Of a stretch of 64,000 nucleotides of DNA, positions 32,511 through 43,894 are shown piece after piece. The notes under the pieces were generated by a model. That model was given only the letters and a program-made list of their open reading frames with translations. It was not told the DNA's origin and made no database searches. The first letter of the stretch is position 1. Each line of letters begins with the position of its first letter. This stretch comes from Andalucia godoyi And28. Its lineage: Eukaryota > Protista > Jakobida. The position numbers and the translations under genes were made by a program. Location of the stretch: contig VRVR01000014.1 in NCBI GenBank assembly GCA_009859145.1, positions 1-64,000 of the forward strand, given 5' to 3'.

Positions 32511-33056
32511 ATGTTGCAATTGCAGTTTCAAGTCCAGTATCCCGGCCATGAAGGCAACACGACGTTCTCGTCATCGCCATCGCCATCGTCTTCGTCTTCG
32601 TCATCCGAGCGTCGTTTTGACATGCTGCCTGTGCACAGTCAAGTGTGGATGGCCGAATATCCAGTGCAATCACCTCATTTTTCAATCTCTATTGCAGTGG
32701 GAAAGACATGGTCAACCGAGGCGCAGCCTGGCCACAGAATCCACGTGTATTGCAGAAGACAGGTGACGGGCGAAGAGGCAGTGCACTATGCTTCGCTGTC
32801 GACTGCGACGCCGGAAGCCGTGTTTTCTCCTCGGTTTGAAATGCCACCTCCACAGTTTGCCATTCAGATTATCGCATTGGTGGTCCCCAATGACTCTGTA
32901 ATCGGGAGCAACGGCAATGCCACGAGTGGACCCGCGTTCCGTGTTCCTGTTCATGATATGCACGACCGGTACTGTGCGTCGTACATGCGAAACAAGGAAT
33001 GGCTGACCAAGCAGAATGTCCATCAGAAACAGCACTATGGCCGAACGGAGGCATAG
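32511..33056 (+). CDS. Hypothetical protein
   Basis: About 181 aa from MLQLQFQ within ORF 32334-33056; no recognised family. Confidence 0.55.
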   Translation: MLQLQFQVQYPGHEGNTTFSSSPSPSSSSSSSERRFDMLPVHSQVWMAEYPVQSPHFSISIAVGKTWSTEAQPGHRIHVYCRRQVTGEEAVHYASLSTATPEAVFSPRFEMPPPQFAIQIIALVVPNDSVIGSNGNATSGPAFRVPVHDMHDRYCASYMRNKEWLTKQNVHQKQHYGRTEA

Positions 33057-33530
33057 TATCCAATCCGCTCAATGTATCCTACTTTTTCTCCCTCTGCTTT
33101 TTCTGATTTTTCGGAATTGTATAGAACAAACACAGCGTGGCGAAGCGGACAAATTTTCGCCGTCAGCCTTGGCTGCCACCAATGAAATCATCGTCCCACC
33201 ACCACACTGTTAGCCGCGAGCCGCAAGCGTAGATCTTGTTGTTTTAATTATTAATAAATAAGACAAACACACATTTGGCCATCGAGTTTGAATAATCCCC
33301 CGTCCAATCTTTTGCGAGTGTTTTATTCTTCGTTTTACACGACATGCTGTTAATGCAATAGAAGAAGAAAAAACACGGCATTTTTCTGCAACATTTCCCT
33401 TTATAAGCAAATTTTCTTTCCTTTTTTCTTTTTTGTTGTCGTCGTCGTTGTTGTTGTTGTTGTTATTGCTGTTTTTCTTTCTGTCTCCTGTGCTTCCTTG
33501 CAGGTGAATGAACGAACAAACGGGGATTTT

Positions 33531-34829
33531 TCAGAAATCCGAGAGTGCATTTCCACCTACTGCATCGCGCATGATTCTTCCCATGGTCTGGACCTTTGAG
33601 GACCAGCTGGCAAGTCTCTTTGCAAGCGTAGACCACTGCTGCTGCTCAAACACTCTCTGCGTAGTCTTTCCAAACACCATTGTCTTCGCAACCTGGTTCA
33701 TTCTGACCTGGACAAGTCGCGCCTCAACCGCTGCACACACAAATGCTTCCACCTTGTCCTCCGAAACAAACAGAACACGTGCGACATCGGCATAGGAAAC
33801 CTTTTGCACACCCATCTGTCCTCCGAACTCTGCAAGCACAAGCCCCCTGATCTTCTTATCGGCCGCGGAAACGTCAAACTCTGCTTTTGCTCCGAATCGC
33901 GACTTCCAGTCCTCCCACTGCGCAACAGTTCCGTTCGTCAGGATCGGCAACAGCGACCGGGCAGCTTCATCCAACGAGGCTAGCACATTCTTTGAAATGG
34001 CACTCGACAGTTCGTCTGCAAACCGAATCGACTCGTTCATTTCCGTCGCAAAAATGGCGATTGCCTTTTCTGCGTCCGCAACCACCACGGGCGACACTTT
34101 TGCCAGCACGGAAGCACATCGCAACGCCTTCAGAAGCACCCTGTATCCATCGGCCAGTCGCGGACTGCCTGCATATCCCGTCGTCGCACTTCCTCCACTG
34201 CTGCTGGTGGCTGTAAAGGCAATCCCAGTCGCTGTCCCAGTCGTAGACCCGGCGGCAGTCGGGGTACTGGTTCCAGATGAGTTGGCAGAAGACAGCGTTG
34301 ATGTGGAATACGAGGAGTTTGAGAGGAACACTTGGGCAAGATTGTGGTACAGCGCGCACTTGTCTTCTGGTTTGACTCCGAGAGCATCGTCGAGGACCTT
34401 TTCGACTCTTCCGATCATTGGAATCATCGCTGCAGCGTTTGCATCTCTGACAAACGAAAGCAAGTCGCGGACAGCCGCAAGCTGCGACTCCGAGCCCGAT
34501 GGCCGTGAGTTGTACCAATAGACCATCAGCTCGAGTTTTGCTCTGGTTCGCGTCGCGTGGTTCGACGACTTGATCGCAGAAAAGAGCTTTTCAGGGTTAG
34601 CCATCCGGGAAAGAAGGACCGTTCCAGCCGCTTCAATTTCTGCATCACGCGTCGACTCGGCCTCCACAAACGACAGAAAGTGCGATGCACACGCCTCAAG
34701 TGCACGGGTCTCATACGACGCATCGTCCACCGCAGGAAGTGAAGACCGAAGTGCATGGCCGGTCCGCTCTGAAATCAGATTCACGAGCGAGTACAAATAC
34801 GACTCGGAATACAAGAACACAAACGACAT
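33531..34829 (-). CDS. EIF3M: Translation initiation factor 3 subunit M (PCI domain)
   Basis: C-terminal PCI (KIRGLVL...VEAFVCAAVEARLVQVRMNQ) and RVFEQQQWSTLAKRLASW tail typical of eIF3m. Confidence 0.8.
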   Translation of the reverse strand: MSFVFLYSESYLYSLVNLISERTGHALRSSLPAVDDASYETRALEACASHFLSFVEAESTRDAEIEAAGTVLLSRMANPEKLFSAIKSSNHATRTRAKLELMVYWYNSRPSGSESQLAAVRDLLSFVRDANAAAMIPMIGRVEKVLDDALGVKPEDKCALYHNLAQVFLSNSSYSTSTLSSANSSGTSTPTAAGSTTGTATGIAFTATSSSGGSATTGYAGSPRLADGYRVLLKALRCASVLAKVSPVVVADAEKAIAIFATEMNESIRFADELSSAISKNVLASLDEAARSLLPILTNGTVAQWEDWKSRFGAKAEFDVSAADKKIRGLVLAEFGGQMGVQKVSYADVARVLFVSEDKVEAFVCAAVEARLVQVRMNQVAKTMVFGKTTQRVFEQQQWSTLAKRLASWSSKVQTMGRIMRDAVGGNALSDF

Positions 34830-35621
34830 TCTCTTTTCTTAGTTTTTCCCCCTTATTATTCTGGCTATCACTGTGACTGTTTCTGTGACCAAGATCAAGA
34901 GTGAAATCAAAATTGCGATTGAGAGCGAGAGTGAGACGGGATAGAAAGAAAGAAATGGACGAGCCGTAAATGAGGAGAAAAATGGACAAAGGAAAAAGAC
35001 GAGGAAAAGGAAAAAAGAGGACACAGAACAAGAAAGAAAAAGGCGATCTTTTTTAACCCCCAATTCTCCATAAAGCGAGAAAGCTGTCTACGGTCGCCAC
35101 GGTGGAAGTCGGAGAATTTCCGCAAAATTTTACCTCCGACTTTCGCCGACTTTCCCCCGACTTTTCGCCAAAACCCAAAAAGAGCGGCTCCAACTGCCAC
35201 TGCGAGCTTGAATCCACCGAACTGGAACATTGATAAAAAAACCCAAAACAGAAAGAAACGACAAATGCACCGCTCGTGATTTCCTCTCCATATTCTTTCT
35301 CTTTCTCTTTCTCTTTCTCTTGCTTTTGCTTTTGCTTTTGCTTTTTCGTCGGTTTTTTTTCCCCTCCCCCGTATAAAAGATCCTACGAAAAAAGAAGAAG
35401 AAAAAAGGGGGAAAAGAAAGGAGGGGAAATTTGTATTTTAAAAACACCCACATCTGTTTCACAAGGTTTTCACACGCGTGTTTTTGCTTTGTCCCTTTTT
35501 TTTTTTTTTTGATTCTCACTCTGCTTCTCTTATTTTTTTTGTGCTTGGACGCTGGAAAGTGACTTACTATCCGTGGAGGGCAATCAAAGAATAATCTTTA
35601 TCATCATCATCAAGAACGACA

Positions 35622-36455
35622 ATGAAGACGAGAAAAACCCCGGTGAAGCAGCAACAACAGCAAAAGGTTAGTCTTCAATTCCGGTCTCGAAAGCCTTCTC
35701 TTCACAGTCCTTCCAATCTTGTTCTCAAGAATTCCGTGACTTTATTGAGCTCCGCCATTCCCTCTTCCTCTTCCTCTTCCTCTTCCTCTTCCTCTTCGTC
35801 CAGTTCCTCATCTCATGATTCAGCTGCTGCCGGTACTGCTGCATCGTCAAGTTCTGTTGCATCGCAACCTGCGTGTGCATATTCTGCTGCTGCTTCTCGA
35901 CCCGTGTTTTTCAGATATGCATCCCCTCGCGCGGCCAAGTCAGCTGCATTGTCGCAACTTCATCTCATGGCGCATCCACATTCGACGGCCACGATGCAGC
36001 ACTTTCAGTCCATTTCCCATTCCGCAGATAACCATGAAAATATATTCCCTCTGAGTTCCTCGTCTGTTGGACCATCTGCTGCTTCTTCCTCGACTGATTC
36101 TCAGGGTTCAGAGATCGTCGTGCTCAGCGACGTCGAATACGCGAATCAGTCTCGGATTGCATACTGTGAAGTCTACTCGTCTGTGACGGAATCGCCGGCG
36201 TTGCAGTATACATCGTCGAAGAATGTTCTCTCGGACCGAAAGTCGCTGTTGATGCACTTGAATAACACTGCACCGAACCCGTCGTTTGTGTCCCCGACGA
36301 CGGCTGGAGCATTCAAATCCGATGTCGCTGGCGTGGGATCCATGACACGAGCAATCAACACTCGGCGATTGGGGGATGCTGTCCAAACAGTTCCGTCGCC
36401 TATCAGTTCACCTCGACGAGAACCTGCAAGAAAAAAGAGACGAATGTGCAACTGA
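35622..36455 (+). CDS. Hypothetical Ser-rich protein with C-terminal basic NLS-like motif
   Basis: 277 aa ORF, poly-Ser, ends RKKRRMCN. Confidence 0.55.
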   Translation: MKTRKTPVKQQQQQKVSLQFRSRKPSLHSPSNLVLKNSVTLLSSAIPSSSSSSSSSSSSSSSSSHDSAAAGTAASSSSVASQPACAYSAAASRPVFFRYASPRAAKSAALSQLHLMAHPHSTATMQHFQSISHSADNHENIFPLSSSSVGPSAASSSTDSQGSEIVVLSDVEYANQSRIAYCEVYSSVTESPALQYTSSKNVLSDRKSLLMHLNNTAPNPSFVSPTTAGAFKSDVAGVGSMTRAINTRRLGDAVQTVPSPISSPRREPARKKRRMCN

Positions 36456-36773
36456 GGGTGTGGATGCGTGAGCGTGACTGTGAATATGTGTTCATGTTGT
36501 TGGTTATCGACAAGGCAAAAAGAAGTGGAGGGAGCAATATTGGTTCTTTCACCCGTTCGCGTGTTTTGATTACTCTTCTTGTCTGTTGTTATCGCGGTCC
36601 GTATTCTGGAATTATTTTGGCTTTTCATGGTTCTCTTTTTGGAATTGTATTGTAAATTTGCGTTGGAAAATGAACAGGAGAGGAACGGATATTGAACAGC
36701 GTGCATGGGAAGCATTCTTGTATGTGAAGCAAGGTAAATAGATGGGTTATCAGCGGGGGAAAAACAAGTCTCA

Positions 36774-37463
36774 TTAGCTGACTGACTTCATGGACTGTTG
36801 GGCTGCAGATGTCGAAGAAGAAGAAGACGACGACGACGACGATGATGAGGAAGCGGAAGCGGAAGAACTCGCAGATGATGCAAATGCGGACCCAGACGTA
36901 AGAGCTTCTTGTACTCGCTTCGGAGCCTCTTTTCCTAATTCATGCATGGAGTAGACGGTGATTCCAAGGAGCCCGGCAAGTTCATTCATGTCTTTTGCAG
37001 ACTGATCGATTGGAGCTCCAGTTTTGACGACATCTCTGCGCAGCTCAAGAATATAAAACTCACGATCATTGTGCGTAAACACCCGGATCACAACGTCCGA
37101 CGGGCTCCGACACGCATATCCTTTTCGCACAATCTGATGAGTTTGGGCAAACCCAAGAGTCGGCAGCAGGGAGATCACCGAGCACTCGCATGCTATAAAG
37201 GACTGTGTAAACACTCGCGGATCCACATCCAGACGGTCTCCAACCATGAGCACTTGTTTGTCGTTGATCACTTTGATCAGCTGCGCATCCTTTTTCCGGA
37301 TCGTCGAACCCGGTGGTGTATAATAATGATCAAATGTCCATCCAGCCTCGACCTCGGTAAACTCGCACGGATGAACTCCCGTGACCGCCCGCATTCGCAC
37401 GAGAACCGAAGGCAAGTCCGCAGGCTTCACCACTGCATGCAGCGTACACTCGACGAACCGCAT
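36774..37463 (-). CDS. MED18: Mediator subunit 18 (CYTH-like)
   Basis: VECTLHA...LVRMRAVTG start and LGF...IVRKGY pattern resemble Med18/Srb5. Confidence 0.7.
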   Translation of the reverse strand: MRFVECTLHAVVKPADLPSVLVRMRAVTGVHPCEFTEVEAGWTFDHYYTPPGSTIRKKDAQLIKVINDKQVLMVGDRLDVDPRVFTQSFIACECSVISLLPTLGFAQTHQIVRKGYACRSPSDVVIRVFTHNDREFYILELRRDVVKTGAPIDQSAKDMNELAGLLGITVYSMHELGKEAPKRVQEALTSGSAFASSASSSASASSSSSSSSSSSSSTSAAQQSMKSVS

Positions 37464-37667
37464 CTGGTGTTGCTATCCTTTCGCGCGCTTTCCTTTCCTT
37501 TCTTGTTTTCCACCAACCCCTGTTTTTTCAAGGCGTTTCCTTCGGACAGCGTGCGTGCGTCATCATCAACCGGGGAGAAACTCTCTTTGCTGTTGCTGTT
37601 TGAGGCTCTGCACAATCGAACTCAATGATTCCTTTACTTTTGGTGTACGACGGACGGACAGACGCGC

Positions 37668-39077
37668 TTAAGAATAGATTCGCAGCACATCGTCTAGAGT
37701 GGAAGGTATGTGCGTGACTGGGCATGCACTGGACTCCGTCACAAACTTCCGAAGACATGCGGAACAGCCCACGAAGCCGGATGTTCGCAAAGCACACGGA
37801 ACAAGAGGGGTCTGCTTGCAAACGCAGCACTTGTTTCGGAGCGTTTGGGCGGATCTTGAGGACCAAAACGGAGGATTCTTCGGAACTGCTTCCAGGGCAT
37901 CGTCGTCAACCGCCGAACCGCCGTCTTCAGTTCCGATTGCAAACGGCGTCTGTGCGCCAGTCTGTGGCGGATCTCGGCGCTGCTGTTGCCCTCGGCGGGA
38001 CATCGAAACAGTCCACCATTGGATAACCTTGAAAAATACGAATCCGAGGAAGACAATGAGGCGGACAGTCGACAGCCGCTGCTCCGTGGACCGTCGCGTC
38101 TTTGAGTCCATACGCACATATCGTATTCGAAACAATGCCAACAACGGATTCCAGAACGTCGAATGACCCATCATGTATCTCGTTTGCAGCCAAAAGACTG
38201 CCAATTCGTACAATGACGAAATCGTGGAACAGGCCTTAACAGCAGGAGACGATGAAGAAAATCCAAGATTGGCAAGTAAAAAGGCATCGATTCGGTCCTT
38301 GAATCGCGGAAACCACACCAGCGAGAGAACAGATCCAAGAATTTGCAATTTGGACAAGGCGGCATGCGATGCAAGACTTCGATTACTGTTAGTGGTGCTG
38401 TTGGCGGTGCTGCTGGTGGTGGGTGATGACCGATCGGACACTGAAGCACGTCCTTCGGCGGATTCCAACGCCGAAGAATCTCCAACGTCATTCGGTGGAC
38501 CGGAAGCATCCAAGGGAGCATCTCCGGGAGCTGCATTCCTTGGACCTCCCAAAAAGACGGGATCTGCAGCGGCATTGCTCAAAACATTGCTGCTCGACGA
38601 CGATGCACTCTCTCTGGATACCGAGCCTCGCTTCAAAGACTGGATGAAATCTTCAAGGTCTGCATTCCCTGTGCTTCGCTCCCTTCTGTTCGTGCCATTT
38701 GATTCATTCGGTACTGAGTTATTCTTGATCTGCGCAGTGGCACTGCTCTCGACAGCCAACTCCGTTGAAAAAGGAACTCGCTGGACTCCGTACAATGCTT
38801 CCACCAGTGAAGCATTCGTTCGTTTCAACGACACGGCCTCCGCTGCCGTCCAGGCCACGGAAAGCATGGTTATGCAGCTGTGAGCCGACCGCGGAGTGAT
38901 GAGACCTCTTTGCGCGAACGACAGAGCCACATACGAAATCGCAGCTGGAAGAGCAGCAGAGATTCTATCAATTGCAAATAATTCCATAAAGGATGGAATC
39001 GGCGACGATTGAAACGACGAGGACGCAACTACGGATCCACCTATGTCCGAAAACAGAGTGCTCATCGTGGTAATCAC
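37668..39077 (-). CDS. PEX12: Peroxin 12
   Basis: PSFMELFAIDRISAALPAAISYV; EALYG; C-terminal degenerate RING CCVC...SGFVGCSACL...CPVT. Confidence 0.85.
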   Translation of the reverse strand: MITTMSTLFSDIGGSVVASSSFQSSPIPSFMELFAIDRISAALPAAISYVALSFAQRGLITPRSAHSCITMLSVAWTAAEAVSLKRTNASLVEALYGVQRVPFSTELAVESSATAQIKNNSVPNESNGTNRRERSTGNADLEDFIQSLKRGSVSRESASSSSSNVLSNAAADPVFLGGPRNAAPGDAPLDASGPPNDVGDSSALESAEGRASVSDRSSPTTSSTANSTTNSNRSLASHAALSKLQILGSVLSLVWFPRFKDRIDAFLLANLGFSSSSPAVKACSTISSLYELAVFWLQTRYMMGHSTFWNPLLALFRIRYVRMDSKTRRSTEQRLSTVRLIVFLGFVFFKVIQWWTVSMSRRGQQQRRDPPQTGAQTPFAIGTEDGGSAVDDDALEAVPKNPPFWSSRSAQTLRNKCCVCKQTPLVPCALRTSGFVGCSACLRKFVTESSACPVTHIPSTLDDVLRIYS

Positions 39078-39285
39078 TCGTGACAGTGAAATGAATCCCC
39101 GTAATTAGAATATAAATAAGCGATTGCTCCAAAGGCGCGCGTCAATCGTCTGGCATTTCTGTCTGGAAGGAAAAGTCCAGAGTTTCAAACAATGCTTATC
39201 CAAGAGGAGAAAAGACGAATGGTAAAAAATGAAGCAGGGAAAAAAGAAATGTGGATTTTGGTAATTTGAATGGGGAAAAAAAATT

Positions 39286-39357
39286 CTCGAGTGCCGGGAA
39301 TCGAACCCGGGTCGCCCGCGTGACAGGCGGGAATACTAACCGCTATACTACACCCGA
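39286..39357 (-). tRNA. tRNA-Asp(GTC)
   Basis: Cloverleaf TCGGGTG/CACTCGA, anticodon loop CT-GTC-AC, TTCGATT T-loop. Confidence 0.95.
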
Positions 39358-39546
39358 TCGAGATAGTGTCTCCGGCCTTGGAAAATGAATGTATTGTAAA
39401 TGCTGAAAACGGAAAGAAAGCGTCGTCGTTGGACGCGAAGGGGGGCGGGGGAGAGGACAGCAAAGGGCGAGAGCACCGCGCCACCTGGGAGGGCGCTTCC
39501 CGCCGCTCAAGGACTACAGCGAGGGAGCGTGATGATGGACCGGGTT

Positions 39547-40464
39547 TTATGAATAGTACATGTTGATAATGAAGATGGTGCAGTTGAAGCCAAGCAACAA
39601 CCACAACAAGTACATGACAAACACGACAATGAGCGGATACAGGAAAACCTCTTGAGACTGCAGAAAAGGTAGCTCCACGAACCCAGCCCATGTGATGTAA
39701 AAGTAGTATGCGTACGCGGCAAGATAGATTGTATTTGACAACACCCGTGCCAAGAAGCCTTCATGAAGGAGAAACGGAAGCAGGAACAGCTGGAGAACTG
39801 AAGACAGGACAAAAAATGCCCAGTATGCGTTGCAATGGATATCAAAGGCATAGAACCATTCGACGGCATCCTGGTCAGGAGAAAACGAATAGGACCCAAC
39901 TGATCGTCCGTCTTCAGACGCATTGTCGTCTGCCTGAGGATTCGCGGAATGCGCCATTGAAATCCTTCTTGGGTCTTTTAGAAACGAGTTTGCAAAGAGC
40001 CAGGTGGTAGTCGAAATCACGAGTCCCACAAGCAGAAAGTGGAATGCAAGACCGCCGAACATAAGGTAGAACCACTTCCCAACCGAAGAGACTTGCATCG
40101 TGACCAAGTATGCAATGGAAGAAACAAGGAAAAAGACAGACAGAATCACGAAAAACGCTGGATCGTCTCGAGCATATTGTCGCTTGGACGTCTTCCTCGA
40201 TCGAAAGTACAGAGAATACACAAGCTTGGGATGAACCAGCAGCTCCCACATTTGCTCCAGCGCATACTCAATATCCATGTGATTGACCATCATTGCACGC
40301 CGCACATACGCACTCAGCGCAGCAAACGTTGGAAACGACCCTTGGTTGGAATGCGACAAATGGTGTTGCGAATGACCGTGGTTCGACGACGAACCCGAGG
40401 CATTTGCATTGGCGTTCGAAGCTCGCGTGTACCTCGAAGACACGGATCGGGGAGTAGGAAGCAT
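39547..40464 (-). CDS. UNC50: UNC-50/Gmh1 Golgi membrane protein
   Basis: MDIEYALEQM...PKLVY...YARDDPAF; EWFYAFDIHCNA. Confidence 0.95.
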   Translation of the reverse strand: MLPTPRSVSSRYTRASNANANASGSSSNHGHSQHHLSHSNQGSFPTFAALSAYVRRAMMVNHMDIEYALEQMWELLVHPKLVYSLYFRSRKTSKRQYARDDPAFFVILSVFFLVSSIAYLVTMQVSSVGKWFYLMFGGLAFHFLLVGLVISTTTWLFANSFLKDPRRISMAHSANPQADDNASEDGRSVGSYSFSPDQDAVEWFYAFDIHCNAYWAFFVLSSVLQLFLLPFLLHEGFLARVLSNTIYLAAYAYYFYITWAGFVELPFLQSQEVFLYPLIVVFVMYLLWLLLGFNCTIFIINMYYS

Positions 40465-40722
40465 TGTTTCTTTTGCGTCGCGGTCTCGTGCGAATAAAAA
40501 TCCCAGCAACAACAAGAAGAAAATCTCTCGATCTGCTTTTGCCAAATTAATGATAATGACAATTATTATGATAATGATAATGACGCCATAATTTCAATTT
40601 TCAGCAAAAACAAAAAAGAAAAGGAAAGGAAACCCGGATGAGAAAACTGCTTCGTGTTTTTCGGAGGAGTGGAATTGGAAGATTCCATTCAAGAAGCAAT
40701 CCAATGTTGGTGATAAATATCG

Positions 40723-40796
40723 GCTTGCGTAGCTCAGCTGGTTAGAGCGCGGGATTCATAACCCCGAGGTCGGCAGTTCGAGCCTGCCCACAGGCA
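40723..40796 (+). tRNA. tRNA-Met(CAT), elongator type
   Basis: Cloverleaf with anticodon TT-CAT-AA, G1-C72, TTCG T-loop; two A-C mismatches. Confidence 0.9.
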
Positions 40797-41812
40797 ACTT
40801 TTTTTTCCCCTTTTTTTCCTATCGTCCTTGTCGTCCCTTTAGATGTTTTTTGCTTTGTTTTTCTGGTGGGTGGATGGGGTGAGAGGTTGGGGGACCCCCG
40901 TGACCAGCGATGCAAACTGAAAATACTAGAAACCCAAAAGAGAGAGTTGCCGGCGCACAAAATAAAGAGAAAAGTCTATTGATTGCATACGAAATGCACG
41001 AGCTGCACGATTTTTAATTGAGTGTTGCAAATGAGGACAGCACAATGCAATGATGTTGCTGAAACCACCGCCTGTGTGCTGCCGTCTGTGTTCAAATCGT
41101 TTCACAATGAGGAGGAAATCGTGGTAGGTCTTTGGGGAGGACGGGATGGTCTGTCAAGTCGTGCCGGCCAGACCGGCATCATTTCTGTAAGTGGGCTGGT
41201 GGGGTTTTGACGCTCGTGCTATTCTTTCAGTTTTCAAGTCCACACAGTGTTTTCATCATCTGCAGCAACAAGCACACTCACAAAAAAAGCGTATTCAGCG
41301 TGTATGCGCATTATTGTTTTTAATAAAAAATGGATTTTAATCATTCGTCACCCCGACATTGATGAGTGCTGGGGCTGGCGGGATACTCTGGGGTGCCATC
41401 TTCCAGCCTCCTTTCACAACCTCCCGACAGACTCGATATGGTTGTATGTCGGAACAGATCAATGCAAACATTGTAGGAGCAAATACGAATACGGACTGTT
41501 CGGTGTTTGCTGTCGAATCTCCGTTTGATGGTGATGAAGCAGAAAAAAAAGTCACGCACACGTTGCTCTGCGTCCTATTGTGGTTTCTGTCATCTTGCAC
41601 AGAACCATAGCAACCAGTCGATCCGACAGCACACGCCTCTTATTGAATACCAAACGCATCACTATCATTCTCGTGATATTTCTTCTTCTTTGCTCTATTC
41701 ATAATAATAATTATTTTAATATTTAAATAAGTGTGATTTCCCCCTCTCTTTCTCGAAGAAGAACGTGTGTTGTAACGGATATATATATTTGTTTTATATT
41801 TATATATGACGA

Positions 41813-43894
41813 ATGACGGACGCTGTGAATGTCAAAGTTGCAGTTCGAACGCGACCGTTCAATCAACGTGAAAAGGATATGAATGCTGAAGTATGTCTCA
41901 AGGTTGAGGGAGATACAGTCTTCATCAGCAATCCGTCCAATGGAAAAGAAGAAGGATTTACGTTTGACCATGCATACTGGATTGACTCTCCGCAAGAGAG
42001 CGTGTACAATGATTTGGGAAGGCCGATTCTGGACAAAGCTCTGGAAGGTTACAATTCCACGATTTTTGCATATGGGCAAACTGGCGCAGGAAAGACATTT
42101 TCCATGTCGGGCAATGCAGCCGACGAAGGAATTATTCCTCGATTGAATAAGGAACTGTTTGATCGCATCGAGGAGGAGTCCAACGCACAGCATCAGTATC
42201 TGATTACGTGCTCCTTCCTGGAAATCTACAATGAGGATATTCAAGATTTGCTGAATCCGTCGGACGAAGAGTTGCGGATTCGACAGCATCCGAAGCTGGG
42301 AATCTTTGTCGAAGGACTTGCAGAACTTGTCGTGAAGAGCTTTGATGACGTATTCAGCTTGATGAGCCAGGGAAACAAGGTTCGGACGGTGGCTGCAACC
42401 AAGATGAACCAGTCTTCGTCTCGATCACATTCTATCTTTACTCTGAAGATTTCGCAAAAGATTATCGAAGGCACGAAAGAGAGGGTGCTGAGTGCGAAGC
42501 TGAACTTGGTCGATCTTGCCGGATCAGAAAGAGCTGCGGCAACAGGTGCTGAGGGGCAGACGTTAAAGGAGGGCGCAATGATCAATCTTTCTCTGACGTC
42601 ACTAGGAAATGTCATAAATGCCCTGGCGGATCCAAAAAAGAGGAAGGGGCACATTCCATATCGGGACTCCAAGCTCACACGGATTTTGCAAGAATCGCTG
42701 GGTGGTAACGCAGTGACGTGCATGCTTGCCGCGCTGAGTCCAGCATCGGTGAACCTTTCCGAAACATACTCAACAATCTTGTTTGCCAGCCGAGCAAAGA
42801 ATATTACAAACCAGTCCCGGAAGAACGAGGATGAATCCACTCGAGTGATTCGGGAATTACGAGAGGAGATCGAGAGGCTTCGAGGAATGATTTCGGGTGG
42901 TGGTGTTGCAGCAGCTCCGGTTGCAATGGACACTGGAAAGGTTGCAGAGATGGAGAATCGGATGAAGGAGCTGGAAGACGTAAAGTCGCAGTCCTGGGAA
43001 GAGCAGCAGCGCATGTCGTCCATGTTTGAAGAGGAGCGCAAGAGAAACATGGCACAACGTGGACTGATGGATGTTTTGCAGGAAAATCTTCAGAAGGGAA
43101 ACAAGGAGCTTATGGAATCGATTGCGAGAGCGAAAGATGAAAAGTCCCGAATTGAAAAGGAATTCGAGGACAAGAAGAAGGAGGCGCAGAAAAAGAAGGA
43201 AGAATTCGAGGAAGAGGTGAGCAAATTCAAGGCCGCTGAAAAGGACAAGTCGTTCGCGTCTGCTGAAGAACGCGCGGAAAAGCTGTCCAGGATTGAGACG
43301 CTGAAGCGAAACGTCCTGCAGATCACAGAGGTTCTTAAGGAGCTCAAAAACACAAAACACAAGCTCGAGAAGGAAGATATTCGCGCGCAGCAAGCACTGA
43401 TTCTGAACGAGGGGTCGGAGATGCGAAAGCTCATCGAGGAGCGAGAAAAGGTCAAGATCCAATCGGAGAATGAAGTGTTCTTGGCCGACATGAAAAAAAA
43501 GATGGAGCAGCAACTGAAGGAGGAGCGCGATAGAATTTTATTGGAGTCTCAAAAGCACATTGCAGACACAGATCTGCGGCTTATGAATGAACTACTGGAA
43601 TTGGAGCGACAGTTGCTGGACGAAAGAGCGTCCCGTCAGATGCTCCTTCGTCAGGTCAAGAACATCACGGACCAAAAGGATGTCGCAGAGGACAAGGTAT
43701 TTGAGTTGCAAAAGCAGCTCCGCCAGGAGCGCGAGTCCTTCAAGCTTATGTTTGAAAAGTACAAATCGCAAGCGGAGCGCAAGCATTCGCAAGATCTCGA
43801 ACACGCTGTTCGAGCTATGCTTGCGGCGCAGAGTGACACTGCACGTCTCCAGAAACGAGTCCAAGATCTCGAGAAGATGCTATCTGAGGCATGA
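41813..43894 (+). CDS. N-terminal kinesin motor (kinesin-3-like) with coiled-coil tail
   Basis: YGQTGAGKT, NQSSSRSH, LVDLAGSER, HIPYRDSKLT; FTFDHAYW and IRQHPKLG suggest kinesin-3. Confidence 0.9.
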   Translation: MTDAVNVKVAVRTRPFNQREKDMNAEVCLKVEGDTVFISNPSNGKEEGFTFDHAYWIDSPQESVYNDLGRPILDKALEGYNSTIFAYGQTGAGKTFSMSGNAADEGIIPRLNKELFDRIEEESNAQHQYLITCSFLEIYNEDIQDLLNPSDEELRIRQHPKLGIFVEGLAELVVKSFDDVFSLMSQGNKVRTVAATKMNQSSSRSHSIFTLKISQKIIEGTKERVLSAKLNLVDLAGSERAAATGAEGQTLKEGAMINLSLTSLGNVINALADPKKRKGHIPYRDSKLTRILQESLGGNAVTCMLAALSPASVNLSETYSTILFASRAKNITNQSRKNEDESTRVIRELREEIERLRGMISGGGVAAAPVAMDTGKVAEMENRMKELEDVKSQSWEEQQRMSSMFEEERKRNMAQRGLMDVLQENLQKGNKELMESIARAKDEKSRIEKEFEDKKKEAQKKKEEFEEEVSKFKAAEKDKSFASAEERAEKLSRIETLKRNVLQITEVLKELKNTKHKLEKEDIRAQQALILNEGSEMRKLIEEREKVKIQSENEVFLADMKKKMEQQLKEERDRILLESQKHIADTDLRLMNELLELERQLLDERASRQMLLRQVKNITDQKDVAEDKVFELQKQLRQERESFKLMFEKYKSQAERKHSQDLEHAVRAMLAAQSDTARLQKRVQDLEKMLSEA

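Noticed and set aside
41022-41610. Possible small spliced gene (GTAAGT at 41187) upstream of the kinesin
   Set aside because: No CTAAC branch point or acceptor giving a recognisable protein; only short overlapping ORFs.
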